A DNA stretch of 64,000 bases from Candidatus Woesebacteria bacterium (lineage in GTDB: Bacteria > Patescibacteriota > Microgenomatia > UBA8517): the NCBI GenBank assembly GCA_963716475.1, contig OY970314.1, forward strand, positions 918,508 through 982,507, given 5' to 3'. A program made the translations under genes and the position numbers. This document shows, piece after piece, positions 56,354-64,000 of this stretch (positions within the stretch are counted from its first letter, which is position 1; each line of letters begins with the position of its first letter). The notes under the pieces were generated by a model, which saw only the letters and a list, made by a program, of their open reading frames with translations, searched no databases and had not been told where the DNA came from.

Positions 56354-58180
56354 GTGAAGAGAGTCGCATTATTCATTTTCTTAGCTGCAATTACTTTTTT
56401 GTTTCCGTCCACAATTTCGGCGAAGGATTATTCGATAAAATCAGCAGATATTACTGCTGAAATTACAACCACAGGCTCGGCTAATGTGACGGAAACCAGA
56501 GTCTACGATTTTTCCGGCAGCTACTCATGGGCAGATGAAAATATAAATCTTGCTCCGAACTATAAAATTTTCAATGTAACCTTAAGCGGGGGAGGAGAGA
56601 AGTATCTTGAAACAAGTTCCGGAACTCCGGGGACATTTCAAATGAACAATGACGGTAGCAACCTTTACATTAAATGGTTTTATACGGCGCTTGATTCCGA
56701 AAAAACTTTTACGCTTTCCTACACCGTTCAAAATGCCCTTACAAATCAAAAAGATATTTCAGAGTTCTATTGGCAGCTAATTGGAGATCAGTGGGCCAAG
56801 GGGGTAGGAAGGGTCACGGCAAGGGTAATTTTGCCTTACCCGGCTCCCAATAATCAGATTTGGGCTTTTGGGCACGGTCCATTAAACGGAAAAGTTAATA
56901 TAGTAAGCAATACTGAGGCAGATTTTAGTGCAGCAAATCTTTCGGCAAACACCTTTTTTGAAGTCAGAGTACTTTTTCCGACAAATCCGTCCTTTATTAA
57001 CGCTCAGACGGGGAATAAAACTCTGGCCTCGATTTTAAACGAAGAAAAAGCATTTGGGGTCAAAACCAAGACACAGAGTCTGGCTTTACTTATTGGGGTT
57101 ATTCTAATCGCGCTCCTGGTTATTTGGCGGATGATTGTTTGGGTTATTCGCTGGTACAAAATTGGGCGTGACGAACCCTTACCTGAGGTTAATTTAGCAG
57201 GAACTCTCCATGAACCCCCGGGTGATTTGGCGTCGGCATTGGTCGAAACGATGTTAAAAGGAAGCCCAACCGGAAAATCAATAGTTGCAACAATATTGGA
57301 GTTGACCAGGCGTAAAATTCTGGCAATTGAGTTTGTAAAAGGAGGAAAAAAGACTTTCTTTGGCTCCCGTGATCAGTACCTTCTTGTTTTGAAAAGTACA
57401 GATTATAAAAAAGCAACCTCGGAAATGGAAAGTGACTTGATTGACTTCCTTTTTACAAGTAGTTCAATAACAATAACAAAAACCGATCTCAAAATAGACT
57501 TTGAAGACATAAAAGACTTTGCCAAAAACAGGCCAACTTCAACCAATTCTTTTTGGCTAAAGTGGAAAGAGGATGCAAGCGACGGTCTTGAAAGTTTGGG
57601 TTTTTATGAACAGGAAAGTTTGGATATACAAAAGAAAGCTACCGCCGAGATGTATGTACCTATGTTTATAGTTGTATTTTCTATTGTCTTCTTTGCAAAA
57701 TTGACGGCACTAAATATAGGACTTCTTGGATTTATCATTTTGGGGATAGTGTTTCTGTATACCATATTTATGGTAGTTATTTGTTCAGCAATGCCCAAAA
57801 AGAGCAAATGGGGAGGAGAGGAAGTGGCTGAATGGCTGGCCTTTAAGAAGTGGCTTGAGGAGTATTCGGTTACCAAAAATTACCCGATCGATTCCGTAAT
57901 CCTTTGGGAAAAATATCTGGTGTACGGAGCAGTACTTGGGATTTCGGTTAAAGCACTGAGCCAACTTCCCGTTAACTTTTCCGAAGTGGTGCAGCAAAGC
58001 TCCGGAGTATATGCAGCATTTTATCTGGGGGGAAGTGGAGGTTTCGGAAATTTTGAGTCGTCATTCTCCGCGCTTTCTTCATCTTTTGGAAGCTACGGAG
58101 CGGCAGGTGTAGGAGGAAGTGGAGGATTTTCCGGCGGAGGCGGAGGAGGCGGTGGGGGCGGTGGGGGCGGAGCCGGTTAG
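56354..58180 (+). CDS. DUF2207-like membrane protein with a Gly-rich C-terminal tail
   Basis: Signal peptide, extracellular domain, several TM segments, and a GGSGGFSGGGGGGGGGGGG tail. Confidence 0.6.
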   Translation: MKRVALFIFLAAITFLFPSTISAKDYSIKSADITAEITTTGSANVTETRVYDFSGSYSWADENINLAPNYKIFNVTLSGGGEKYLETSSGTPGTFQMNNDGSNLYIKWFYTALDSEKTFTLSYTVQNALTNQKDISEFYWQLIGDQWAKGVGRVTARVILPYPAPNNQIWAFGHGPLNGKVNIVSNTEADFSAANLSANTFFEVRVLFPTNPSFINAQTGNKTLASILNEEKAFGVKTKTQSLALLIGVILIALLVIWRMIVWVIRWYKIGRDEPLPEVNLAGTLHEPPGDLASALVETMLKGSPTGKSIVATILELTRRKILAIEFVKGGKKTFFGSRDQYLLVLKSTDYKKATSEMESDLIDFLFTSSSITITKTDLKIDFEDIKDFAKNRPTSTNSFWLKWKEDASDGLESLGFYEQESLDIQKKATAEMYVPMFIVVFSIVFFAKLTALNIGLLGFIILGIVFLYTIFMVVICSAMPKKSKWGGEEVAEWLAFKKWLEEYSVTKNYPIDSVILWEKYLVYGAVLGISVKALSQLPVNFSEVVQQSSGVYAAFYLGGSGGFGNFESSFSALSSSFGSYGAAGVGGSGGFSGGGGGGGGGGGGGAG

Positions 58181-58191
58181 ATTAAATTAAA

Positions 58192-58584
58192 ATGGACGCA
58201 ACAGAAGAACAAAAAGAGACAGCAATTCGGGATTCCCAGATCGAAAACATGTATAGTAGTTGGCTCAAACATTACCATACAGAGGGTTTGAACGGCATTG
58301 AAGCCAAAAGACAGGCACTTGAGCAAACTCTACACAAAGGAAATTTAATGGAAATGAAGGAGTGGGATGAGGATATTACTCCCGGGCAAATTGCTGACTT
58401 TATTCTTAAAACCGCTCCCGAGGAGGTTGATTGGTGGCTTCATAGACGGAATGACAGCTTAAGAAAATTTCTTGAGCAAAACGAGTCCGATCCGGGTTTT
58501 AGGCGAGTTTCCAGTGTAAAAAGAGAGCTTGAGGAGAAAAACAAAAATAAACCATCGGTTGAAGCTGATTTGCATCAGTCTTAG
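58192..58584 (+). CDS. Hypothetical protein
   Basis: ORF only. Confidence 0.35.
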   Translation: MDATEEQKETAIRDSQIENMYSSWLKHYHTEGLNGIEAKRQALEQTLHKGNLMEMKEWDEDITPGQIADFILKTAPEEVDWWLHRRNDSLRKFLEQNESDPGFRRVSSVKRELEEKNKNKPSVEADLHQS

Positions 58585-59250
58585 GAATTAGCCTTGATTC
58601 TCAGGGCTTTCTTCCTCCTTTTTCTCCGCCGGCTGAGTTTGAGCTTTCTTGAATTTGTCCGGATCAACCTCATTGCCCTTAATAAACGGTATTATGATGG
58701 CCGGCTCTTTGGATCGGCCATAGCCTCCTGTATGAGGGATTTCCGGGAGCCTGGCTAATAGCTTTGTCGAATCCGTGCTCCACTCGTCCTTGTTCTCAAG
58801 CGTCATATTTTTTTCACCTCCTTTCCAAAAAATGAAAAAAGGAGCCTCCCGGCTCCTGGTGAAGTAGTTAAGAGAAACTCAAGACTTGTAGTCAAGTTCC
58901 CCATGCCTTTCTTTGGGTAGGCACCCCTCATTATACTCTGAAACTGCAAATCTTGGGGTTTTTTGAAATGGTAAAACATAGTATATTCGTAGTTATAGAT
59001 GGGCTGTGAGATTCTCGATATGGCCAGAGTAGCTAAAAAGAACCGGAGACTCGCTTGTCCTAAAGTGTGCGGAGCGGAAGCGGACTGTCCGTTTATTGAT
59101 GATGACCAAGTTTTTCCTCCGACCGATATACCTCCGATAAGTACGAATAAATTTGTTTTGAAGAATATCCAAGAGGATTAGCTAGTCATTGAGAATAAAA
59201 GTATTGAATTTGGGGGTTGAACTACCAAAAATATGGAACTAGGATAAGAC

Positions 59251-59550
59251 GTGGTTGAAGCGGATTTATCAACAAAAGAAAAATCTCTTCCTGGAGAAGA
59301 GTCTCCATTAGCAGAAAAAAAGCCACAGGACGTAGACCATCGGCTGGAATTTAGGACAACAGATTCTTTTGGGGCTGACTGCCGGGAGCTTTCCCAAAAA
59401 CTGGGGTGTACATTGGAGACTCTTGTCGGTGATATATTAAGTGCAGGTTACAAATCGATTAAAGTCCTATCTAACGGAAATAAGCAAGCCGCTGTTTCGA
59501 TAAAAGATCATAAGATAGTTGTTGAAGGTCTCAAGAATAGTCGGGATTAG
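59251..59550 (+). CDS. Hypothetical small protein (GTG start)
   Basis: ORF with an AGGA RBS 8 nt upstream. Confidence 0.3.
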   Translation: MVEADLSTKEKSLPGEESPLAEKKPQDVDHRLEFRTTDSFGADCRELSQKLGCTLETLVGDILSAGYKSIKVLSNGNKQAAVSIKDHKIVVEGLKNSRD

Positions 59551-59584
59551 GTTAGGATAAGTATGATAAAATAGCCTCATTCTT

Positions 59585-59836
59585 ATGGGTAGTGAAAGGG
59601 ACGAAGAACTCAAGTTCGTATTCGATGAGCTATATACTTTGGGTGACTATATTCGGAGGTTTCAGCAATTTAAGGAACTGAGAAAAGATAACCCCGAATT
59701 TGTAAGACAGATGGATGAGGTGATTGAAGAAGCGAGAAAATTTCCTCCCGGAACAATGGTGGGTTTCATCAAAAAGCCTGATGGTGAAATTATCCCCAGG
59801 TTTGCAATTCCATCCAAGCCGGGGCCTGTTTTGTAA
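59585..59836 (+). CDS. Hypothetical small protein
   Basis: ORF only. Confidence 0.3.
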   Translation: MGSERDEELKFVFDELYTLGDYIRRFQQFKELRKDNPEFVRQMDEVIEEARKFPPGTMVGFIKKPDGEIIPRFAIPSKPGPVL

Positions 59837-59847
59837 AAATAAACACC

Positions 59848-60246
59848 ATGAAGGCTTCTGAAATTCAAAGGGCCTTTGGCCACAAGTTGATTGGCACACG
59901 ACTAATGAAACGGATGGTTGTGCAGGCTCTACGCCGGATGCCTGATGAAACCATCGAAAAAGTCACAAAACACTGCTGGTTTGTGAGCTCATTTGAGGAC
60001 GGATGGGCATTTACGCTAAGGCATAACGATTTAAAAAGAGGGGAGTATCTGATTTTTTTAAGCGACGAACTTTTACGGGAGGATGAAAACCAGATTATTT
60101 GGACCATTACCCACGAAATCGGGCATGTAATCCTGGGGCACAGAAATTCAATCGGAGTAGTCCAAAGTAAAGCGGAGATTAGGAAGCAGGAAAAAGAAGC
60201 AGACGAGTTTGCAATAAGGTTCTTGAGGGATCGGGGAGAAATTTGA
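59848..60246 (+). CDS. ImmA/IrrE-family (COG2856-like) zinc metallopeptidase domain protein
   Basis: HEIGHVILGH (HExxH plus a downstream His). Confidence 0.5.
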   Translation: MKASEIQRAFGHKLIGTRLMKRMVVQALRRMPDETIEKVTKHCWFVSSFEDGWAFTLRHNDLKRGEYLIFLSDELLREDENQIIWTITHEIGHVILGHRNSIGVVQSKAEIRKQEKEADEFAIRFLRDRGEI

Positions 60247-60277
60247 CGATTGCTTCTTTAGATTGTATTCTTCGCGC

Positions 60278-60634
60278 ATGAAAGGTGAAAGGATATTGGT
60301 TGCAGATGACCAGGAGACTTACAGGGAAAGCCTCTGCATGGTAATTAAGCTTTTTGGAGAAGAGGATGGCCACCAGATAGTTGGGGAAGCAGCCTCAAAG
60401 GAAGAAGTGGAAGCCCTTCTTAAAGGGGGACTCAGGCCCAGCATTGCCCTCGTAGACGGAAAATTTCCGGAGTACGGTGATGGTGAGCGGGCTGCTTCGG
60501 TAATTAGAAAGCTTTCCCCTGAAACTTTCATTATTTCTCTTTCTTCTGATCTGCAGACCTGGGGCGATAAAAATATGGTTAAAAATTTCGCTGGCAAAGA
60601 TCTTGTGGAATTTTTAACCAATCTTCAGCATTAA
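60278..60634 (+). CDS. Orphan response-regulator receiver domain
   Basis: ILVADDQ acidic pocket and a CheY-like fold pattern. No output domain. Confidence 0.55.
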   Translation: MKGERILVADDQETYRESLCMVIKLFGEEDGHQIVGEAASKEEVEALLKGGLRPSIALVDGKFPEYGDGERAASVIRKLSPETFIISLSSDLQTWGDKNMVKNFAGKDLVEFLTNLQH

Positions 60635-60697
60635 ATTCTACAGGGAGAAATTTGACGGCGATTGCTTGTTACCCCGGTCTTCGTATAATAGATTGTA

Positions 60698-60952
60698 ATG
60701 GGAGTTTGCGAATTCCACGGAAATTACACGGAGTTTCTGAATAATCGAATAACAGCTGAATTGGACAATCCGGTCCTTGGCAAACAAGACTTAGGGAGAG
60801 CTTGGAGTGTTGTCCAAAATGTCGCATTTTGTCAGAGATTAGGTAACATATCTCCGGAAGAGGCTAAGATTGTTTACAATAGAGTTTTTGATCTATATCC
60901 CCAGTTCAAAGAAGATCTGGAAGCGGAATTAGAGAAAAATCATCTTGGTTAA
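60698..60952 (+). CDS. Hypothetical small protein
   Basis: ORF only. Confidence 0.3.
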   Translation: MGVCEFHGNYTEFLNNRITAELDNPVLGKQDLGRAWSVVQNVAFCQRLGNISPEEAKIVYNRVFDLYPQFKEDLEAELEKNHLG

Positions 60953-61025
60953 ATTGATGGAGAAATTTAACGGGTTGAAAGTGGAGAAGAAGACTTGTTT
61001 ACCCTGTGTGTTAAAATGAAGAGTA

Positions 61026-61334
61026 ATGGTTGCAATAATTGTTATATTATTTCTGCTTTGGCTCATGGGTTACGGACCTTTTACCGTACTTCATATAATT
61101 TTATTCAGATTCAACGGGCTGACCGTAACTATTTGGGATCTTCTGATTTTCTTTGTTTTAATCTGGCTGGTGGGGAGCCTGCCCAGTCCCTTCAGACAAA
61201 TTGCGGTGGTGTTCATTTTGATTTGGATTTTGTCGCTTCTGGGGGTAATTGCTGTAGCCGGGCTTTCCAGCATCCTGGTTATTGCGATTATTGTGGGAGT
61301 TCTTCTTTATGTGTTAAGCGGTGGGGGAAGATAG
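61026..61334 (+). CDS. Small membrane protein with three internal hydrophobic repeats
   Basis: Three TM segments each carrying an LIWL/LWLMG-like motif. Confidence 0.4.
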   Translation: MVAIIVILFLLWLMGYGPFTVLHIILFRFNGLTVTIWDLLIFFVLIWLVGSLPSPFRQIAVVFILIWILSLLGVIAVAGLSSILVIAIIVGVLLYVLSGGGR

Positions 61335-62114
61335 TACTTCAGGGAGAAATTTGACAGTTTTCTACAGTACAATCGGTGGATTGGATAGGTCAGTGGGTGG
61401 CAGCGCTTTCCATTCCTCAAAATTCATTGCGGGACCCTGCATAAAACGAGGATGTTCAGAATGTTCTTTTAAGTATGAAACGTACTCTCGATGGAGATCA
61501 AGTTCCCGGCCGAAATCATAATTTTGTTCAGGCGCTGCCGAAGTACCAGGCTCACTTGGTCTACCGTTTTCCATTTGGCTCTATTGTAAACAGGAGTTAA
61601 AAAAAGTGCAACTGGTGAGGAGAAATTTGTCCTTCTGCAAGCTCAGGACTATAGACGATTCGAGCCTGCAAGGCGAGGCCTTGCGAAGTTAAAAAGCCAT
61701 TGGGGTGGTGGTATAATTAAAATATACAAGGGATATACCCGCAAAGGAGGCGGGTATTTTTTTTGAAAAACGTATAAGAACTTGACAATTTCTCAGTAAA
61801 ATTAAATAGAAGAAGTTGAAAACCCTTTAGCATGGGTATCACAATTTGCCTATAAATAGTTTTGTCTGAAAGAATTAAGTATGGATAGAGCAGTAGACCT
61901 GTTAATTGGTATTTTGAACCTGGTCATTCTTGGGCCAGATCCAATTTGGACAAAAATTGTGCTTGTGGTAGGCCTGTTTGTTTGGTTCATTGTTTCGGTA
62001 GGAGTAGTTTGCTTTGTGATCGCATTTGTAACAATTGAGGCAAAACGTTTTTCCTCCCGGATACACAGTCGATAGTGTAGATTTTAAGAGGGAAGGGGAG
62101 TAAGATACTTCAAA

Positions 62115-62624
62115 ATGGAAAAAGTTCTGAGAACGGAAGGGGAATTAATAAAGGCTCTTCAAGATCAATTACATATTTTAAAAGAGGCGATCGAAAGGGT
62201 TAAAACGGGCGACTTTGCCTATACGAAGGTAATAGCCGCCTCCTTAAGGGTTTTGGTTTTAAAGACAACAAAAAATAAACCACTTCTTTTAAACTTAGCC
62301 AAAAAGTATGATTTTCCCTTGATAATTACAAGAGATGTCCCTCCGTTTAAGCCTGCTACGATATCGATTCAAGACCTTTTAGATGAATTGTATTTTGCAA
62401 GCGGTACTGAACATGTGAAGATAACCAAAAGAGAATTGATTGCAAAGTCTGCCCAACAAGAAGGTTTATCTCACGAGGATGAAAGCCTCGATAAAGATTA
62501 TTTAATATCTAAACCAAAAGGATTATATATTGGAGGCTTACCTCCAGACGTAAGGGCATTATTGGGACTAGGTCAATGTATTTATCAGGCTGGAAATAAT
62601 TTGCTTGTTAAACTTTTGGGATGA
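62115..62624 (+). CDS. Hypothetical protein
   Basis: ORF only. Confidence 0.35.
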   Translation: MEKVLRTEGELIKALQDQLHILKEAIERVKTGDFAYTKVIAASLRVLVLKTTKNKPLLLNLAKKYDFPLIITRDVPPFKPATISIQDLLDELYFASGTEHVKITKRELIAKSAQQEGLSHEDESLDKDYLISKPKGLYIGGLPPDVRALLGLGQCIYQAGNNLLVKLLG

Positions 62625-62646
62625 GGGTGTTGACCAAACTGAGACT

Positions 62647-63231
62647 TCATTTGGGAGACAAAAGACGAGCCTCATATTTTAGGGGACCACGATCCTGATA
62701 ACTGACGGGTACGGCTAGCTTCGTTTTTACTAATTCCTCATTAACCAATTTTCCTTTTTTACACCCTTCGGGATTATCGATTAGGCCGGGATTACTTTCC
62801 CGATCGGATTTGTGCATGTAGTCAGCGGGCAAAAATTGGGGAGTGGATTCGCAACCGATCCAGACCCAGGCCAGGACACGGCCGTATTTATCGTCCTGAT
62901 AACGATCGTACTCCAGGAAAACTTTCTTTCCCGAAATCTCATCGGTTAGTTCTTTTGTTGCCTCGGAATAGTTTTTCTGCCCGCGCTCGGGAGTATTTAT
63001 GCCTATCAAACGCACTTTTACACCGCTAGCGAGGGTGAAAGTGTCGCCGTCTTCTACCATCGAGACAATTCCGGAAGAGGGGAAGAGAGCCTTCATTTGA
63101 TAGTAATTTTGGATTTTATCAAGTGCACCGGTTTTCCAACCGAGGGCGGCGGCGGCAAGGAGGCCGGGAATGAGGATATAAGGGACTCCTTTTTTAATCA
63201 ATTCTTTGGCAGAAAGTCTCTTCTTGCTCAT
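62647..63231 (-). CDS. Membrane-anchored thermonuclease (SNase/micrococcal nuclease family)
   Basis: VEDGDTF...VRLIGINTPE catalytic/Ca-binding signature and an N-terminal TM. Confidence 0.8.
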   Translation of the reverse strand: MSKKRLSAKELIKKGVPYILIPGLLAAAALGWKTGALDKIQNYYQMKALFPSSGIVSMVEDGDTFTLASGVKVRLIGINTPERGQKNYSEATKELTDEISGKKVFLEYDRYQDDKYGRVLAWVWIGCESTPQFLPADYMHKSDRESNPGLIDNPEGCKKGKLVNEELVKTKLAVPVSYQDRGPLKYEARLLSPK

Positions 63232-63279
63232 AATTAATATTAATACTTAATGGGGTTTCTGAGAAACCACAAAGATGTC

Positions 63280-63700
63280 AACTTCTTACTCGTCTAAGAA
63301 ACACTTTTTCAGTACTTCTTTGCTTCTCCAAAGAAGTACTGGGAAGAAAAGAGCCCCCGATTGTCCTTACCAATAATTTCTTAACGTGCGAAACCGGGGG
63401 ATTAGTTCCCTCTGGAATTCCTTTCAGTCAGTTCCAGTTTCCCCTTCGGTTTCGCACTAAAATTATTAGGAGCGGACAAAAGGGGTTTTGGGGAGCGAAA
63501 ACGTAACCAACTTCGTTGTCAAATTCTTTAAGGCGTTAAGAAAAACAGGGCTAAAAAGCCAGAGTGGGTTGAGTGGAACAAATCACTTCAAATTTCAGGA
63601 GCGTATTCAAATGGGTTTATGGGAACAAAGAACTAAAATTATTAGGAGCGGACAAGAGGGGTTTTAAAAGCGGTTTGGGGAGAATGTAATTGTGATACAA
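63280..63700. repeat. Structured intergenic repeat, type 2 copy, with internal duplication
   Basis: Collinear with 45760-46090. attaggagcggacaa[a/g]agggg occurs twice (63462, 63639). The tail aaaaagccagagtgggtt resembles the type-1 tail. Confidence 0.75.
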
Positions 63701-63711
63701 TCCCAGTAATT

Positions 63712-63993
63712 ATGGTTGAAAAAGAGGTTAAAGTAGAGGTTGATGAGGAGCTACCGAAAAATTCCGGACAACCCTACCTGGTGGCCGAAATGCTTGTTAG
63801 AGGTGTAATACAAGAGCGGATAGCTTTTGATAGAAAAGCAAGTCCTGAGGCTATTTCCAAATTTTTTTACAAGACAGGCTGTGCAATTAAAACTGATCCG
63901 TGGAGAGGATTGCCGATAGAGAAAAGGCAATTTATAGGAGATTTGTATATTGAAGCTTCATTTGTTGTCCCCGGGCTTGAGAACCGGACCTAA
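63712..63993 (+). CDS. Hypothetical small protein
   Basis: ORF only. Confidence 0.3.
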   Translation: MVEKEVKVEVDEELPKNSGQPYLVAEMLVRGVIQERIAFDRKASPEAISKFFYKTGCAIKTDPWRGLPIEKRQFIGDLYIEASFVVPGLENRT

Positions 63994-64000
63994 GTGTGTT

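Noticed and set aside
58820-58865. Hairpin ggagcctcccggctcc flanked by A-runs as a terminator
   Set aside because: On the minus strand it would be followed by a T-run, but no convincing upstream minus-strand gene ends there. Ambiguous.
60995-61354. 119-aa ORF overlapping 61026-61334 in another frame
   Set aside because: Cys/Gly/Asn-rich low-complexity translation. The alternative frame gives a coherent three-TM repeat protein.
1-64000. CRISPR arrays, rRNA genes, alternative genetic code (UGA as sense)
   Set aside because: No regularly spaced short repeats. No rRNA-like segments. Long ORFs terminate at TAA/TAG/TGA consistently with the standard bacterial code.

Overview
The window most likely comes from a small-genome, CPR/Patescibacteria-like bacterium. 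This is inferred from gene content: a stand-alone 5'-3' exonuclease, an ATP-dependent DNA ligase, a B12-dependent class II ribonucleotide reductase with a PduO-type adenosyltransferase, many small hypothetical ORFs, a type IV pilus locus, and long ORFs consistent with the standard code (11). Most genes are on the + strand.

In order, the window holds:
- The 3' end of nrdJ, a PduO-type adenosyltransferase, and a 777-aa membrane-anchored VirD4/TraG-like P-loop ATPase.
- A short UDP-sugar dehydrogenase, tRNA-Ile(UAU) abutting a XerC/D-type tyrosine recombinase, and an FtsB-like protein.
- Two CAU tRNAs, a terminator-bounded putative small RNA, tRNA-Trp, a 462-aa unknown protein, trpS directly followed by a Trbp111-like tRNA-binding ORF.
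- Housekeeping genes: ftsH, a 5'-3' exonuclease, glycosyltransferases, fpg, recF, a Fic protein, an ATP-dependent DNA ligase, pth, an Ogt-like domain and gdhA.
- A copper island (CsoR, CopA, CopZ, and a permease fused to a cupredoxin-like domain), then trxA, trxB and a DsbA-like protein.
- An HD-domain protein and a histidine kinase / response regulator pair.
- An unusual locus of an E1-like (ThiF) enzyme, a large nitroreductase-fold protein and an unknown protein.
- A complete type IV pilus operon (pilB, pilC, four pilin-like genes including a 607-aa giant pilin, a PilM-like protein, and the major pilin with a strong terminator).
- A messy tRNA cluster (Glu, Lys, Gln) with tRNA fragments and att-like direct repeats around a roughly 1-kb insert.
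- Envelope glycosylation genes (GT39-like, DedA, GT4).
- An accessory region from about 58.6 to 63.7 kb made of small ORFs (an ImmA-like peptidase, an orphan receiver domain, and a membrane protein with internal repeats) separated by a recurring 25-nt motif.

The most striking non-genic signal is a modular, structured repeat family of about 200-300 bp. It occurs in at least seven intergenic loci, always in the same orientation, and its hairpin shows compensatory base changes. No CRISPR array or rRNA was seen.
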